50,533 nt of DNA from Armatimonadota bacterium (GTDB lineage Bacteria > Armatimonadota > DTGP01 > JAHWJO01), in the NCBI GenBank assembly GCA_038240635.1, contig JBBRGS010000003.1:1-50533 (forward strand), written 5' to 3'. Positions within the stretch are counted from its first letter, which is position 1. Each line of letters opens with the position of its first letter. Shown piece after piece: positions 1-8,823 of the stretch. Below the pieces are notes generated by a model, which was not told the origin of the DNA, did no database searches, and was given only the letters and a program-made list of their open reading frames with translations. Position numbers and translations under genes: made by a program.

Positions 1-1
1 C

Positions 2-514
2 GCCATCACCCGCCTCATCACCTCGGCGTCGCAGGACGGCAAGCTCTACGTGTTCAACTCCGGAACCGGGATCAACATCGGGACTTACGACTCGAAAGCC
101 CCCATCCAGGCCGCCACTTATGTGGACTGGGCGGGCGGCACGAATCCGAACGTCGCCTACCTGGTGAACACTCTCGGCGAGCTGCACACCGTGGCCCTCC
201 AGAATGTGGACGTGACGACCGCCGGTCAAACGCTCGCCGGGCAGTCCATCGGGACAGGACCCGCCAACGCCAACACAGCGGTCATCCTCACCGGAACTCC
301 TCGGTTCGCCTACTTCTCCGCTCCGGGCGGGTTTGCGGGCCTGAAACTCGGCGATACCTTCAGCTCACCCACAACGGCCACCATCACGGTGGGAACGCCT
401 TACCCGGCGTACTCCCCGGCGGCGGCGGTCGGCGCGGACACGCTGGTAGTGACTCTCGCCAACGGCGCAACCCTCGCCCTGGGATTGCTGCCGGAGGGAA
501 CGGTCGGCCAGTAG
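2..514 (+). CDS. 3' part of a PQQ-like beta-propeller repeat protein (5' truncated by window edge)
   Basis: Frame is open from base 2 (…TSASQDGKLYVFNSGTG…) and has propeller-blade-like motifs (SxDGxLY, NTLGELHTV, LVVTLANG); TAG at 512-514. Confidence 0.6.
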   Translation, partial: AITRLITSASQDGKLYVFNSGTGINIGTYDSKAPIQAATYVDWAGGTNPNVAYLVNTLGELHTVALQNVDVTTAGQTLAGQSIGTGPANANTAVILTGTPRFAYFSAPGGFAGLKLGDTFSSPTTATITVGTPYPAYSPAAAVGADTLVVTLANGATLALGLLPEGTVGQ

Positions 515-541
515 GATAACTTCGAACCATCTGCGCCAATT

Positions 542-581
542 GCGAAAGGGGGAGGGGGCTTCGGCTCCTTCCCCTTTTCGC
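542..581 (+). terminator. 18-bp hairpin with cUUCGg tetraloop, probable terminator
   Basis: gcgaaagggggagggggc-TTCG-gctccttccccttttcgc, fully paired allowing G-U, 27 nt after a stop codon; no U-tract follows the stem. Confidence 0.6.
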
Positions 582-664
582 GTAAGTCATAGAGCGGTAC
601 ACTGGGCCAAATAACCCTATAGTTGGCCGAAGTGCGCCAGCCCCTTTGAACTCGTGAGGCGACC

Positions 665-1561
665 GTGCAGCGCATTGTCAGCGTGAAATTTCCATTCAGC
701 CCGAAGTCATGGCATTTTGACGCGCAGGAACTGACGCTCCACCGTGGCGTTAAAATTGTCGCCGAGTCACTACGTGGCGTGGAACTGGGTCAGGTTACGA
801 CTCCCCCGCGCGAGACGGGCGTGGAAGAGGTTCCCGGAACTCTGAAGCCAATCGTTCGTATCGCCACCGTGACCGACGTGTTGCGCGCCGATCAGAACGC
901 TGAACTGGAAGCCTCGGCGCACGACTACGCGCAGGAACGGATCCGCTTCCGCAACCTTCCCATGAAACTGGTCGGCGTCTTCTGTGGGCTGGACGACTCG
1001 CGGCCCGTCTTCTTCTTTACCGCCAACGGACGAGTGGACTTCCGCGACCTGGTGAAGGACCTGAACAGCCACCTCCATGCGCGCGTGCAACTACTTCAGA
1101 TCGGCGCAAGAGACGCCGCGCGACTCATTGGTGGCATCGGCCCATGCGGACAGGAACTCTGCTGTTCCCGATGGATCACCCACTTCGACGCCATCTCCAT
1201 GAAGATGGCCAAGGATCAGAATCTCTTTCTCAATCCGTCCAAGTTCTCCGGCGTCTGTGGCAAACTCATGTGCTGCCTCCGTTACGAACACGAGACCTAC
1301 CTGCTGACCCGCGCCGCCATGCCCTCCATTGGCGCGCCGTTCCACACTCCGCATGGACCGGGCAACGTCATCGAACATGACATTCCGCGTGAAAGCGTCT
1401 GGGTGGAGGTACCCGATTACGGCATCGTGACCGTTCGCACCCCTGTGACGGTGGCGCCCACGCAACCCCGTTGTCGCGGCGGAGGTGGCTGCTCGGCCAG
1501 CGAATGTGGCAATTGCGGCGCGGGAGATTGCGCGTCCTGCGGGACTCACGCCGTCGGGTGA
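665..1561 (+). CDS. ricT: PSP1-domain protein RicT/YaaT with Cys-rich C-terminal tail
   Basis: RVDFRDLVKDL, QIGARD, GGIGPCGQELCC, MAKDQNL, SGVCGKLMCCLRYE are PSP1/RicT motifs; GTG start. Confidence 0.9.
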   Translation: MQRIVSVKFPFSPKSWHFDAQELTLHRGVKIVAESLRGVELGQVTTPPRETGVEEVPGTLKPIVRIATVTDVLRADQNAELEASAHDYAQERIRFRNLPMKLVGVFCGLDDSRPVFFFTANGRVDFRDLVKDLNSHLHARVQLLQIGARDAARLIGGIGPCGQELCCSRWITHFDAISMKMAKDQNLFLNPSKFSGVCGKLMCCLRYEHETYLLTRAAMPSIGAPFHTPHGPGNVIEHDIPRESVWVEVPDYGIVTVRTPVTVAPTQPRCRGGGGCSASECGNCGAGDCASCGTHAVG

Positions 1562-1761
1562 GACCAGGATCAGGTGGACAAATACCCAGATGGATGATCG
1601 GCCTCATCCCGCTATGACGAAACTGTGTAGCGGAGAGCTTCATCTTCCTATGGAATAATGAGGAATAAGGCCGAAGGAGAGGGATAAGTCAGGGGGCTAC
1701 CTCTCAAATCCCCGTGAAGCAAACAGTGGAAGAAGGCGATACGTCGCCAGGAAGCGGACAC

Positions 1762-2337
1762 ATGAAAGCCGCCTGGGTCTTTGCGTTGGGGTTACTCCTG
1801 TGCGTGGTCGCCACGAATCTCTTCGTGCGCCCCCCTGCGACCGGCGGCGTCATGCAACTCCCTCGTCCAGCCGTGCGCGTTGGCGAAACAGGTCCCGGCG
1901 CGCTGCTGATCGGCTATCGCGCCACCTGGACGCCTCAACACGCCAATCAAACCTTTGGCGTCAGTCGCACGCTGCCCCTCTTCGAGCCACGTCTCCGTCG
2001 GTTTGCGGATTTTCCGGTCCTGATCCCCACAACACTCCCGCAGGGGTGCCGCCTGGGGGAAGCGGGGATTTACTGGGACCCTCAAACCGACCATCGCATG
2101 GTTCAAATTCCCCTGCAAGGCGCTCATTCGGGGATGATCACGGAGCGACGCCTGAAGCGGCTCGATCCGATGTTTCCGGCGGGAGCATGGCTCACCACGG
2201 AGCAACCGTCCCCCAACGCGGTGTATCGCCGCCTGCAAGCGAACGCGGGAGGGGTCGCCGTGACGATCCTCAGCGAGATGAGTCTCACCGATGAGGAATT
2301 GATCAGTATGTGGCGCTCGCTCAAGCCCCTTCGGTAA
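1762..2337 (+). CDS. Membrane-anchored/exported hypothetical protein (DUF4367-like)
   Basis: N-terminal hydrophobic helix (AAWVFALGLLLCVVA); FPVLIPTTLPQG motif and C-terminal 'LTDEELISMWRSL' helix resemble DUF4367; ATG 1762 chosen over GTG 1714. Confidence 0.5.
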   Translation: MKAAWVFALGLLLCVVATNLFVRPPATGGVMQLPRPAVRVGETGPGALLIGYRATWTPQHANQTFGVSRTLPLFEPRLRRFADFPVLIPTTLPQGCRLGEAGIYWDPQTDHRMVQIPLQGAHSGMITERRLKRLDPMFPAGAWLTTEQPSPNAVYRRLQANAGGVAVTILSEMSLTDEELISMWRSLKPLR

Positions 2338-2384
2338 TACCGGTCCAGCCTCGACCGCACATCAAACTTCCGGGCAGTCAGCGA

Positions 2385-3155
2385 TTAGCCAATAGTGGCG
2401 CGCAAAGTCTCCCGCGCGGCGGCGAGATGGGCGGCGTAGTATCCGGGGGGGCCATTCCACGGTTCCTGCACGACCGCCCAGCCGGAGAAACCGATCTCAT
2501 CGAGGACCGCAGACAGGGCTTGCCAGCAAAACGCCGGGGCGTCGGTTACGGAGGCGAAGGAAAGATAGTTCACCCGGCCGCCCCAGCGTTGCAGAAAGGT
2601 CGTCGCCGATTCGTGGGCCGACTGCCCGGAGGGACCCGCAAAATGAGGCGCCAAACCGAGAAGTTCCGCAGGAATCTCTTCAGCAAGACGCGCCAGATGA
2701 GCGTCATCCGCCAATAGATTGCGGGGATGAGGGCGGTACGTCGCCCGGATGCCTGTATCGGCGCACGCCTGCGCGACGCGATGAAGCATCTCCAGGGGTG
2801 CGGCGGGGGTTCCATACGCCACTCCTTCGGACGACTGAAGCAGGCCCGGCGACAGGACGAGAAACTCCGCGCCCAGCGAGTCGAGCGTGTGAACCAGCGT
2901 AAGGAGCGATTCTTCCAGAGCAGACCATCCCCCTTCGGAGGCTTCCAGCGCGGCGAGGGCGGACACCGGGGCAATCTGATGCTCGTAGCAGGCGGCGCGA
3001 ACCCCGGCGATGCCCGCTTCGGTCGCCAGTTCCACCGCAGCGAGTTCGATGCCGGAATAACCGGCTTCCGCGATGAGTTGAACCCGTCGGCTGAACCGGC
3101 GGAAGTCGCCTTCATGTTCGCCGGTCGTGGTCGCCGCTATTTGCATATCGTACAT
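2385..3155 (-). CDS. Sugar-phosphate isomerase/epimerase-like TIM barrel (AP_endonuc_2/IolE-like), apparently degenerate
   Basis: AEAGYSGIEL and LDEIGFSGWAVV motifs; GGAGG 6 nt upstream of ATG 3155. Confidence 0.65.
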   Translation of the reverse strand: MYDMQIAATTTGEHEGDFRRFSRRVQLIAEAGYSGIELAAVELATEAGIAGVRAACYEHQIAPVSALAALEASEGGWSALEESLLTLVHTLDSLGAEFLVLSPGLLQSSEGVAYGTPAAPLEMLHRVAQACADTGIRATYRPHPRNLLADDAHLARLAEEIPAELLGLAPHFAGPSGQSAHESATTFLQRWGGRVNYLSFASVTDAPAFCWQALSAVLDEIGFSGWAVVQEPWNGPPGYYAAHLAAARETLRATIG

Positions 3156-3429
3156 CCCGCACCTCCGATTTGGGTCGCCCCGCGCTTTCCGCTTCCTGGC
3201 CTCATCAGTTACCATGAAGGACGGTGTGGCGTCAGGTCAAGCGGAGGCGCCTCCCGCCGAGCCATTCACGAAGCGGTGCCCTGGGAATTGTCCTTGTCCG
3301 CCGTCCTCCGCGTTGTCCAGGCAACCGTCGCGGTTTCTGAATGGTCCCCAGAGGGACGCCCTCCGATGTGGACCATCTCCGAACCGGAAACGATTCCCGC
3401 GCCCCTTCAAAGCGCTGTTAAGGACCGAT

Positions 3430-4560
3430 ATGGAGAACTCCCAACCTGTGACCCCCCCCGTTTCCACCTCCGGCCATCCGTGGGCGATGAAAATCGCGAC
3501 GGTTGCGGGGATCCCGGTCTACCTGCACTTCACGTTTCTGCTGCTGCTGGTCTTTTTTGCGCTTGGTTCCCCGATGAATCTCGTGTTCATTGTGGCGCTG
3601 TTCGCGTGCGTGGTACTGCATGAACTCGGCCACTCCCTCATGGCGAAGCGGTATCAGATTCCCGTTTCCGACATCACGCTGTACCCGATTGGAGGAATCG
3701 CGCGGATTGAGAAGCAACCTGAACCCGCCGCCGAACTCTGGATCGCTCTTGCGGGACCCGCCGTCAATGTGGTGATCGCGCTCCTCCTGGGCGCAATCCT
3801 CGTGACGACGGGGAATTTCGTTTCCCCCACCTCCGCCGATCTGCAGGGCGCGCACGTGTGGCAGCGCATCCTGGGCGCGAACGTCTTCCTCGCCTTGTTC
3901 AACCTGATCCCCGCCTTCCCGATGGACGGGGGCCGGGTGCTGCGGGCGCTGCTGGCCCTGCGGATGCCGTTCGAGCGCGCGACGGGCGTGGCGGCGCAGG
4001 TGGGGCAGTCGCTCGCGCTGGTGGCGGGGCTGGCGGCCATTCTCACCGGCCAGTGGGGCCTCATGCTGATCGCCGTGTTTGTCTATCTCGGCGCCGGGCA
4101 GGAGGCGATGATCGCTCAGCGTGAGTCGCTCGTTCAGAATGTCAAGGTGCGCGAGGCGATGATTACCGACGTGCGAACGCTGCCCCATGGCGCCACTTTC
4201 CGCGAGGCCGCCGACCAACTCCTCGCCACCAGCCAGAAGGACTTTCCGGTCATGCTGGGGGACCAGGTGGTCGGCCTGCTGTCGCGGGACGCCCTCCTGC
4301 GAGGGCTGGCATCCGAAGGCGCCGACGCATACATCGCGCAAACCATGGAACGGGACTTCCCTCGCGCTCGGCCCGACGGCGATCTGGCGGACCTGCTGCC
4401 TCAGACGCAGACCGGCCTGGGCAGCGCGCTGGTCTTCGATGGCGAGACGTTCCTGGGGATGGTGACGCCGGAGAACGTCATGGAATTCCTCGTTATCCGT
4501 CAGATCACGCAGGCGGGTCGCCGCAAAGTCCAACCTCCGACGATCCAGGGAGAGCCGTGA
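3430..4560 (+). CDS. Site-2 protease (M50 family) with C-terminal CBS pair
   Basis: HELGH zinc motif, IALAGPAVN, FNLIPAFPMDGGR; CBS motifs VREAMIT…FPV…VGLLS. Confidence 0.93.
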   Translation: MENSQPVTPPVSTSGHPWAMKIATVAGIPVYLHFTFLLLLVFFALGSPMNLVFIVALFACVVLHELGHSLMAKRYQIPVSDITLYPIGGIARIEKQPEPAAELWIALAGPAVNVVIALLLGAILVTTGNFVSPTSADLQGAHVWQRILGANVFLALFNLIPAFPMDGGRVLRALLALRMPFERATGVAAQVGQSLALVAGLAAILTGQWGLMLIAVFVYLGAGQEAMIAQRESLVQNVKVREAMITDVRTLPHGATFREAADQLLATSQKDFPVMLGDQVVGLLSRDALLRGLASEGADAYIAQTMERDFPRARPDGDLADLLPQTQTGLGSALVFDGETFLGMVTPENVMEFLVIRQITQAGRRKVQPPTIQGEP

Positions 4561-4573
4561 ACGCGCTCCGCTA

Positions 4574-5680
4574 TCAGCGCGTGACGATCCCTCGCGCAAT
4601 CTGTAGCGCCAGATCGCGGGAGGAATCGACGATGACGACCCATTGCCGCCGCTCCGCAATCCACGAGACTGCCCACTGATGCGCCATCGCGCGCGCCGTT
4701 CCCGTCGTGTGGCCCAGATTCACCTTCTCCCCGTGCAGCGCCGGGGGCGGGCTGGAGAGCGGCAGACTGTATACCGATAACAGGTCCACGCCATCGGTGT
4801 AGGCGCACCGAATCCCTTCATAGGGGGCATCGCTGCACTTCTGCACCCGGTAGCCGGAGTGAAGCCGCGAGGGGGGAAAGGAGCGAGTGTTGTGATCACC
4901 TTCCCACCGTTCATCGCCTTCGGGTTCGGTGCGTCGGACCTGTTGGGCGGGGAAGCGCGGATGAAAGCGCGACGACGGGATCACCCCTCCGATTTTGATG
5001 TCATTGAACTGAGTGATGCTGGCGGGGGAGCCGTCCGCATGATACCGTTCATGCTTGAGCGTCACGGCGGTCGCGGCATCGAGCCAGAGGACGCGGTGTG
5101 GTTTTCCCCCATGGCGAGGTTGCAGCCGTAGAATCCGACACGAACGTTCCGCCGTCATGTGCGTTTTAGGATCCAGCACGACCTGATAATTCTGGAACAG
5201 CAGGGGCAGGTTCAGGGCGGACATCGTCCCCTGAGGGGAGATCACGAGGCGCTTCGTGCGAGGGTTATAAATCCGTACCTGTTTGCCGTCCGATAACCAG
5301 GTTCGACCCGCAAGCGTCTTCGGCGCGAGGTAATCGCGGCGCTCATGCATTCCATCGCGCGCTACGTTCGCCATAGCCGATTCGGTGTGGCCATCGGTCC
5401 ACGTGATGGTGAGTTCGCGGCCCTCCCAGGTGACGTGAGCCTGCGCCCATTGACTTCGGCGGAGGAGATTGGCGGCCTGATTGGCCTGCTTCGCGGTGAA
5501 AGCGGGCGCCCTGAGAGGAACCGCCCGCGCCGCTGGTGCGTGAGAAGAGGAGGTTGAGGAGCTTGAGGAGGAACGCGCAGGCGAGGCGGGCGGTCTCCTG
5601 GTCGCTCCACACCCCGTGGAGAGGACGGCCCCCAGGAGGAGAGAGAGGGCGAGTGTTTTCACGGAATGGATTGAAAGCAC
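4574..5680 (-). CDS. MucB/RseB-like (LolA-fold) lipoprotein
   Basis: Signal peptide with lipobox-like LSTGC; 'RVLWLDAATAVTLKHERY' and 'YTDGVDLLSVY' are typical of RseB/MucB; lies downstream of an anti-sigma gene. Confidence 0.75.
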   Translation of the reverse strand: MLSIHSVKTLALSLLLGAVLSTGCGATRRPPASPARSSSSSSTSSSHAPAARAVPLRAPAFTAKQANQAANLLRRSQWAQAHVTWEGRELTITWTDGHTESAMANVARDGMHERRDYLAPKTLAGRTWLSDGKQVRIYNPRTKRLVISPQGTMSALNLPLLFQNYQVVLDPKTHMTAERSCRILRLQPRHGGKPHRVLWLDAATAVTLKHERYHADGSPASITQFNDIKIGGVIPSSRFHPRFPAQQVRRTEPEGDERWEGDHNTRSFPPSRLHSGYRVQKCSDAPYEGIRCAYTDGVDLLSVYSLPLSSPPPALHGEKVNLGHTTGTARAMAHQWAVSWIAERRQWVVIVDSSRDLALQIARGIVTR

Positions 5681-5734
5681 GCGCCTCTCTCCTCGACAGG
5701 GGTATGAACTCTAAGGCCGGACGGAGCGATCCGC

Positions 5735-6208
5735 TCACTCGCCGGAACGGGCGTCCACCATGATCATCCGCACCGGCCCCTGATCCACCAGAGGCTGAGC
5801 CGCTCGCGCCCTCATATGCGCATCGATCAGCGCGTCCACATGATCCGGCCCATACAGCGCGGGTTGCGGCGCGGGATCAGGGATCGAGAGGAGGACCGCC
5901 GCCAGCATCGCGAGGACCGCCGGGGCGAGCACCAGGGCGGATCGCTGGGGCATGGAGAGACGTCGCCACCAGGGGAGCGGAATCGCCTCCTCGCGCTCCA
6001 GCCGGCGGTAGGCGGCCTCCCAAAAATTGGCGCGAGGGCGGGGCGGGGGCAGGTCGCGCAGCAGGGCGCGGGTTCGCTCCATGCGGCGCAGGTCGGCTTC
6101 ACAGGGTCGGCAGACTTCGAGGTGAGCGGCGACATGGCGCATCTCTTCCACGCCGAGGTCCTGATCCAGATAAGCGGAGTGAAGTGAGAGTGTGTGAGGT
6201 CCGCGCAT
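5735..6208 (-). CDS. Zinc-binding (zf-HC2/ZAS) transmembrane anti-sigma factor
   Basis: SAYLD…HLEVCRPC (HxxxCxxC), one TM helix, downstream of an ECF sigma. Confidence 0.88.
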   Translation of the reverse strand: MRGPHTLSLHSAYLDQDLGVEEMRHVAAHLEVCRPCEADLRRMERTRALLRDLPPPRPRANFWEAAYRRLEREEAIPLPWWRRLSMPQRSALVLAPAVLAMLAAVLLSIPDPAPQPALYGPDHVDALIDAHMRARAAQPLVDQGPVRMIMVDARSGE

Positions 6209-6328
6209 GATGAACTCCTTCCGGCGCCGATGTGAGCGCGTTATGCGCGCTTCTTCCTATGTCGGCGGTATTGCCCGCGTCCCCCCGAACGCATTTTGTG
6301 AAATAAGTCAGGAATCAACCGCGTATTG

Positions 6329-6354
6329 GACGGCTTTGTCAGGACAGAGGTTTC
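6329..6354 (-). promoter_or_regulatory. Putative ECF-type promoter for the anti-sigma/rseB genes
   Basis: Minus strand GAAACC-N16-CGTC matches the widespread ECF 'AAC…CGT' consensus. Confidence 0.45.
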
Positions 6355-6401
6355 TGTGGAGCGCCCTGCACTGGTTTCTGTGGATCGTCCAGGGCGTGAA
6401 T

Positions 6402-7052
6402 TTACAGAGTTTCCATATACGGCTGGAGTTTGCGCGCCAGGATCGCGCGGCCCCGATGGATGCGGGAGCGCACGGTGCCGACGGGGCGGCCTACCATGCG
6501 GGCGATCTCCTCGTAGCTGTACCCTTCGAGGTCGCACAGAACGACCGCCAGGCGAAAATCTTCGGGTAACTCCTGAAGGGCCGCCTGCACCTGCCGGTCG
6601 GTCTCCCCGGAGAGGGCTTTGGCTTCGGGAGTGGGCGCGGAATCGGCGATTTCCCGATAGAAGCCTTCGGACTCGCCCGTACCCATCGGTTGGTCCAGCG
6701 ATTCGTGCCGCGTGTTCGACTTGCGACGCAGGCGGTCAATGTAGGTGTGCGACATGATGCGGCAGACCCACCGATCAAAGTGAGTGCCCGGCTGAAACCG
6801 ACGGAACGACTGGAACGCCTCCAGCAGCGCTTCCTGCACCAGGTCCTCCGCGTCGTCCGGGTTGCTGGTCATCCGGTACGCCACGCGATACAGCTGGTCC
6901 TGGTGGCGCTCCATCAGCGTCTCGAACAGGCGCGCCTCTTCACGCAGCAGGGGCGCGTTTCTCTCCGATGCCACCGCATCTCCCTCTGATCGAACGCTCC
7001 CATGAGACGAAAAGACCTTCAGAGCCTGATCCACCGCCACCGCCATGCTCAT
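6402..7052 (-). CDS. ECF RNA polymerase sigma factor (RpoE-like)
   Basis: Region 2 DAEDLVQEA…FDRWVCRI and region 4 LPEDFRLAVVLCDLEGYSYEEIA…GTVRSRIHRGR. Confidence 0.95.
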   Translation of the reverse strand: MSMAVAVDQALKVFSSHGSVRSEGDAVASERNAPLLREEARLFETLMERHQDQLYRVAYRMTSNPDDAEDLVQEALLEAFQSFRRFQPGTHFDRWVCRIMSHTYIDRLRRKSNTRHESLDQPMGTGESEGFYREIADSAPTPEAKALSGETDRQVQAALQELPEDFRLAVVLCDLEGYSYEEIARMVGRPVGTVRSRIHRGRAILARKLQPYMETL

Positions 7053-7205
7053 GGTGTCCCTACTCCCGTGCTGCGTCCGTCGGCCTTTCGGCGCGTATCC
7101 TCCCTGGAGGTGTTCCTCAGAGAGATAAGCGCGAGAGAAAGGCAATAGTTCCCTGGACGCGAGATGAAGGCGTTCCCGACGCGCAGGGGGTTCACAAACG
7201 GACGA

Positions 7206-7232
7206 CGCCCCCTCTCCAGGCGAGAAGGGGCG
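7206..7232 (-). terminator. Hairpin downstream of sod
   Basis: cgccccctctc-caggc-gagaaggggcg inverted repeat about 40 nt after the sod stop. Confidence 0.4.
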
Positions 7233-7272
7233 ATTCAGGAGACGGGTTGCTCAGGGAGGAAGGCCCCCGCAA

Positions 7273-8061
7273 TTAGTGACGCATCAGCGCTTCGGCGCGC
7301 CGGGTGAGTTCGGCGACAGCGCCGGCCACCAGGTCGAACCGGGCTTCCACGCTGCGCCAGTTGACCACGCTCCACCAGGCGTCCACGTAGGCGGCGCGAT
7401 CATTTTGGTATTTGAGGTAGTAGGCGTGTTCCCACACGTCGAGCACGAGAAGCGGCAAGACTCCCCACTCGGTCAGGTTCTGATGCTTTTCGGCCTGAGA
7501 GATGAGGAGGCGGTTGGCGTTCGGTTCAAGGGCGAGTATCCCCCAGCCGCTCCCTTCCACGGATTTGGCCGCCGCGCTGAAGTGCGCCTTGAACTTATCG
7601 AAACTTCCGAAATCCCGGTTGATGGCGGAAGAGAGCGCACCGCGTGGAGTCCCCCCGGCGTTTGGCCCCATGTTTGTCCAGAAGATGGAATGAAGGAAAT
7701 GGCCCGAACCGTTAAAGGCGATCTCGCGCTCCCAATGCTTCACCATGGCGAACTCGCCGTTGTCGCGGGCGGCGGCGAGGGCGTCGAGGGCGGCGTTCAG
7801 CCCTTTGACGTATCCGGCGTGATGCTTGTCGTGATGGAGCGTCATCGTTTTGGCGTCAATCGCCGGTTCGAGCGCGTCCGGAGCGTAAGGCAGCGGGGGG
7901 AGAACATACTTCCCATCGGCGTGGATCAGGTACGGATTACCGTCGGGGGCGGCGGAAGCGGGGGTGGAGTCCGCCGCCATCGCCAGGCCGGAGAGTCCTC
8001 CCAGCAGGGGAGTGGCGGCGAGCGCGGCCAGCAGATCGCGGCGGGATACATTATCGGGCAT
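7273..8061 (-). CDS. sod: Fe/Mn superoxide dismutase with Tat signal peptide
   Basis: LPPLPYAPDALEP, HHDKHH, GHFLHSIFW, DVWEHAYY; N-terminal SRRDLL plus hydrophobic stretch and AMA. Confidence 0.95.
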   Translation of the reverse strand: MPDNVSRRDLLAALAATPLLGGLSGLAMAADSTPASAAPDGNPYLIHADGKYVLPPLPYAPDALEPAIDAKTMTLHHDKHHAGYVKGLNAALDALAAARDNGEFAMVKHWEREIAFNGSGHFLHSIFWTNMGPNAGGTPRGALSSAINRDFGSFDKFKAHFSAAAKSVEGSGWGILALEPNANRLLISQAEKHQNLTEWGVLPLLVLDVWEHAYYLKYQNDRAAYVDAWWSVVNWRSVEARFDLVAGAVAELTRRAEALMRH

Positions 8062-8379
8062 GGAGCGTCTCCCTTCGTATAAAGGAGTGAACCGCTTCCT
8101 CCGAGAAGCAAGCGGTACGAGCAGAGTTGTGAGAACGGAAGCGTTCTCCGGCCATTGTAGCAGGCGGCGCCGGAGGAACGCGCGAAGAAGCGTTCAGAGG
8201 TCCGCGCCATGACCGCTGTCGCCGGCCAGGCTGTCGGCGTTTTGACCGCGCCGAGTTCGGGGAAAACCTTCCGATGCGCCTCACGCGCCTCATGGGCGCC
8301 ACCAAACCGATCCACACGTCAGGGCGCCTCCCGCCGATCCTCTCCGGCGGAAGCGCATCCCCTCGAAAGGAGAACCGAT

Positions 8380-8625
8380 ATGCAGTGCGACTATTGTGGT
8401 CAGGAAATCCTCGGCCTGCCGCTGGAAGTGGACCTGTCGGAGGCCGAGTTCAGCCCGGAGAGCGACCTGCCACAGGGCCAGGCGGCCTTCTGCTCGGAAG
8501 CCTGTCTCAACCTGTACCTGGACGAGGCTGGCGTCTCTCTGGAGACAGACGTGGACCCCGAAGAGATGGAAGAGGACGCCCTGAGAGATGAAGATGAGGC
8601 GGGTTACCCTCTGGCTTTCGGCTGA
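8380..8625 (+). CDS. Small acidic protein with CxxC…FCSxxC (TRASH/YHS-like) metal-binding motif
   Basis: AAAGGAG RBS; MQCDYCG…FCSEAC; D/E-rich tail; 81 aa. Confidence 0.75.
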   Translation: MQCDYCGQEILGLPLEVDLSEAEFSPESDLPQGQAAFCSEACLNLYLDEAGVSLETDVDPEEMEEDALRDEDEAGYPLAFG

Positions 8626-8823
8626 GGCGTTCGCCGGATGGCGCCAGGGAACCTTGACGAGGCGGAGCGACAGGTCCCAGGCTTGCGGAAGCGCACCGAC
8701 TGGCGCCGTCCGGTGCATCCGCCTGAACAAGGATGTCATCGCATCGCGGCGAACCGTACCCCATCGCCCTTTGCGCGATCCCACACCGCTACCGCGCTTC
8801 CTTGACCGGGGAAGGACGCTCCC

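Noticed and set aside
1562-1713. Fluoride riboswitch or hammerhead-like look (gatgga…gctatgacgaaac, two small hairpins)
   Set aside because: Core consensus incomplete (no CUGANGA, no fluoride pseudoknot) and the downstream gene is unrelated
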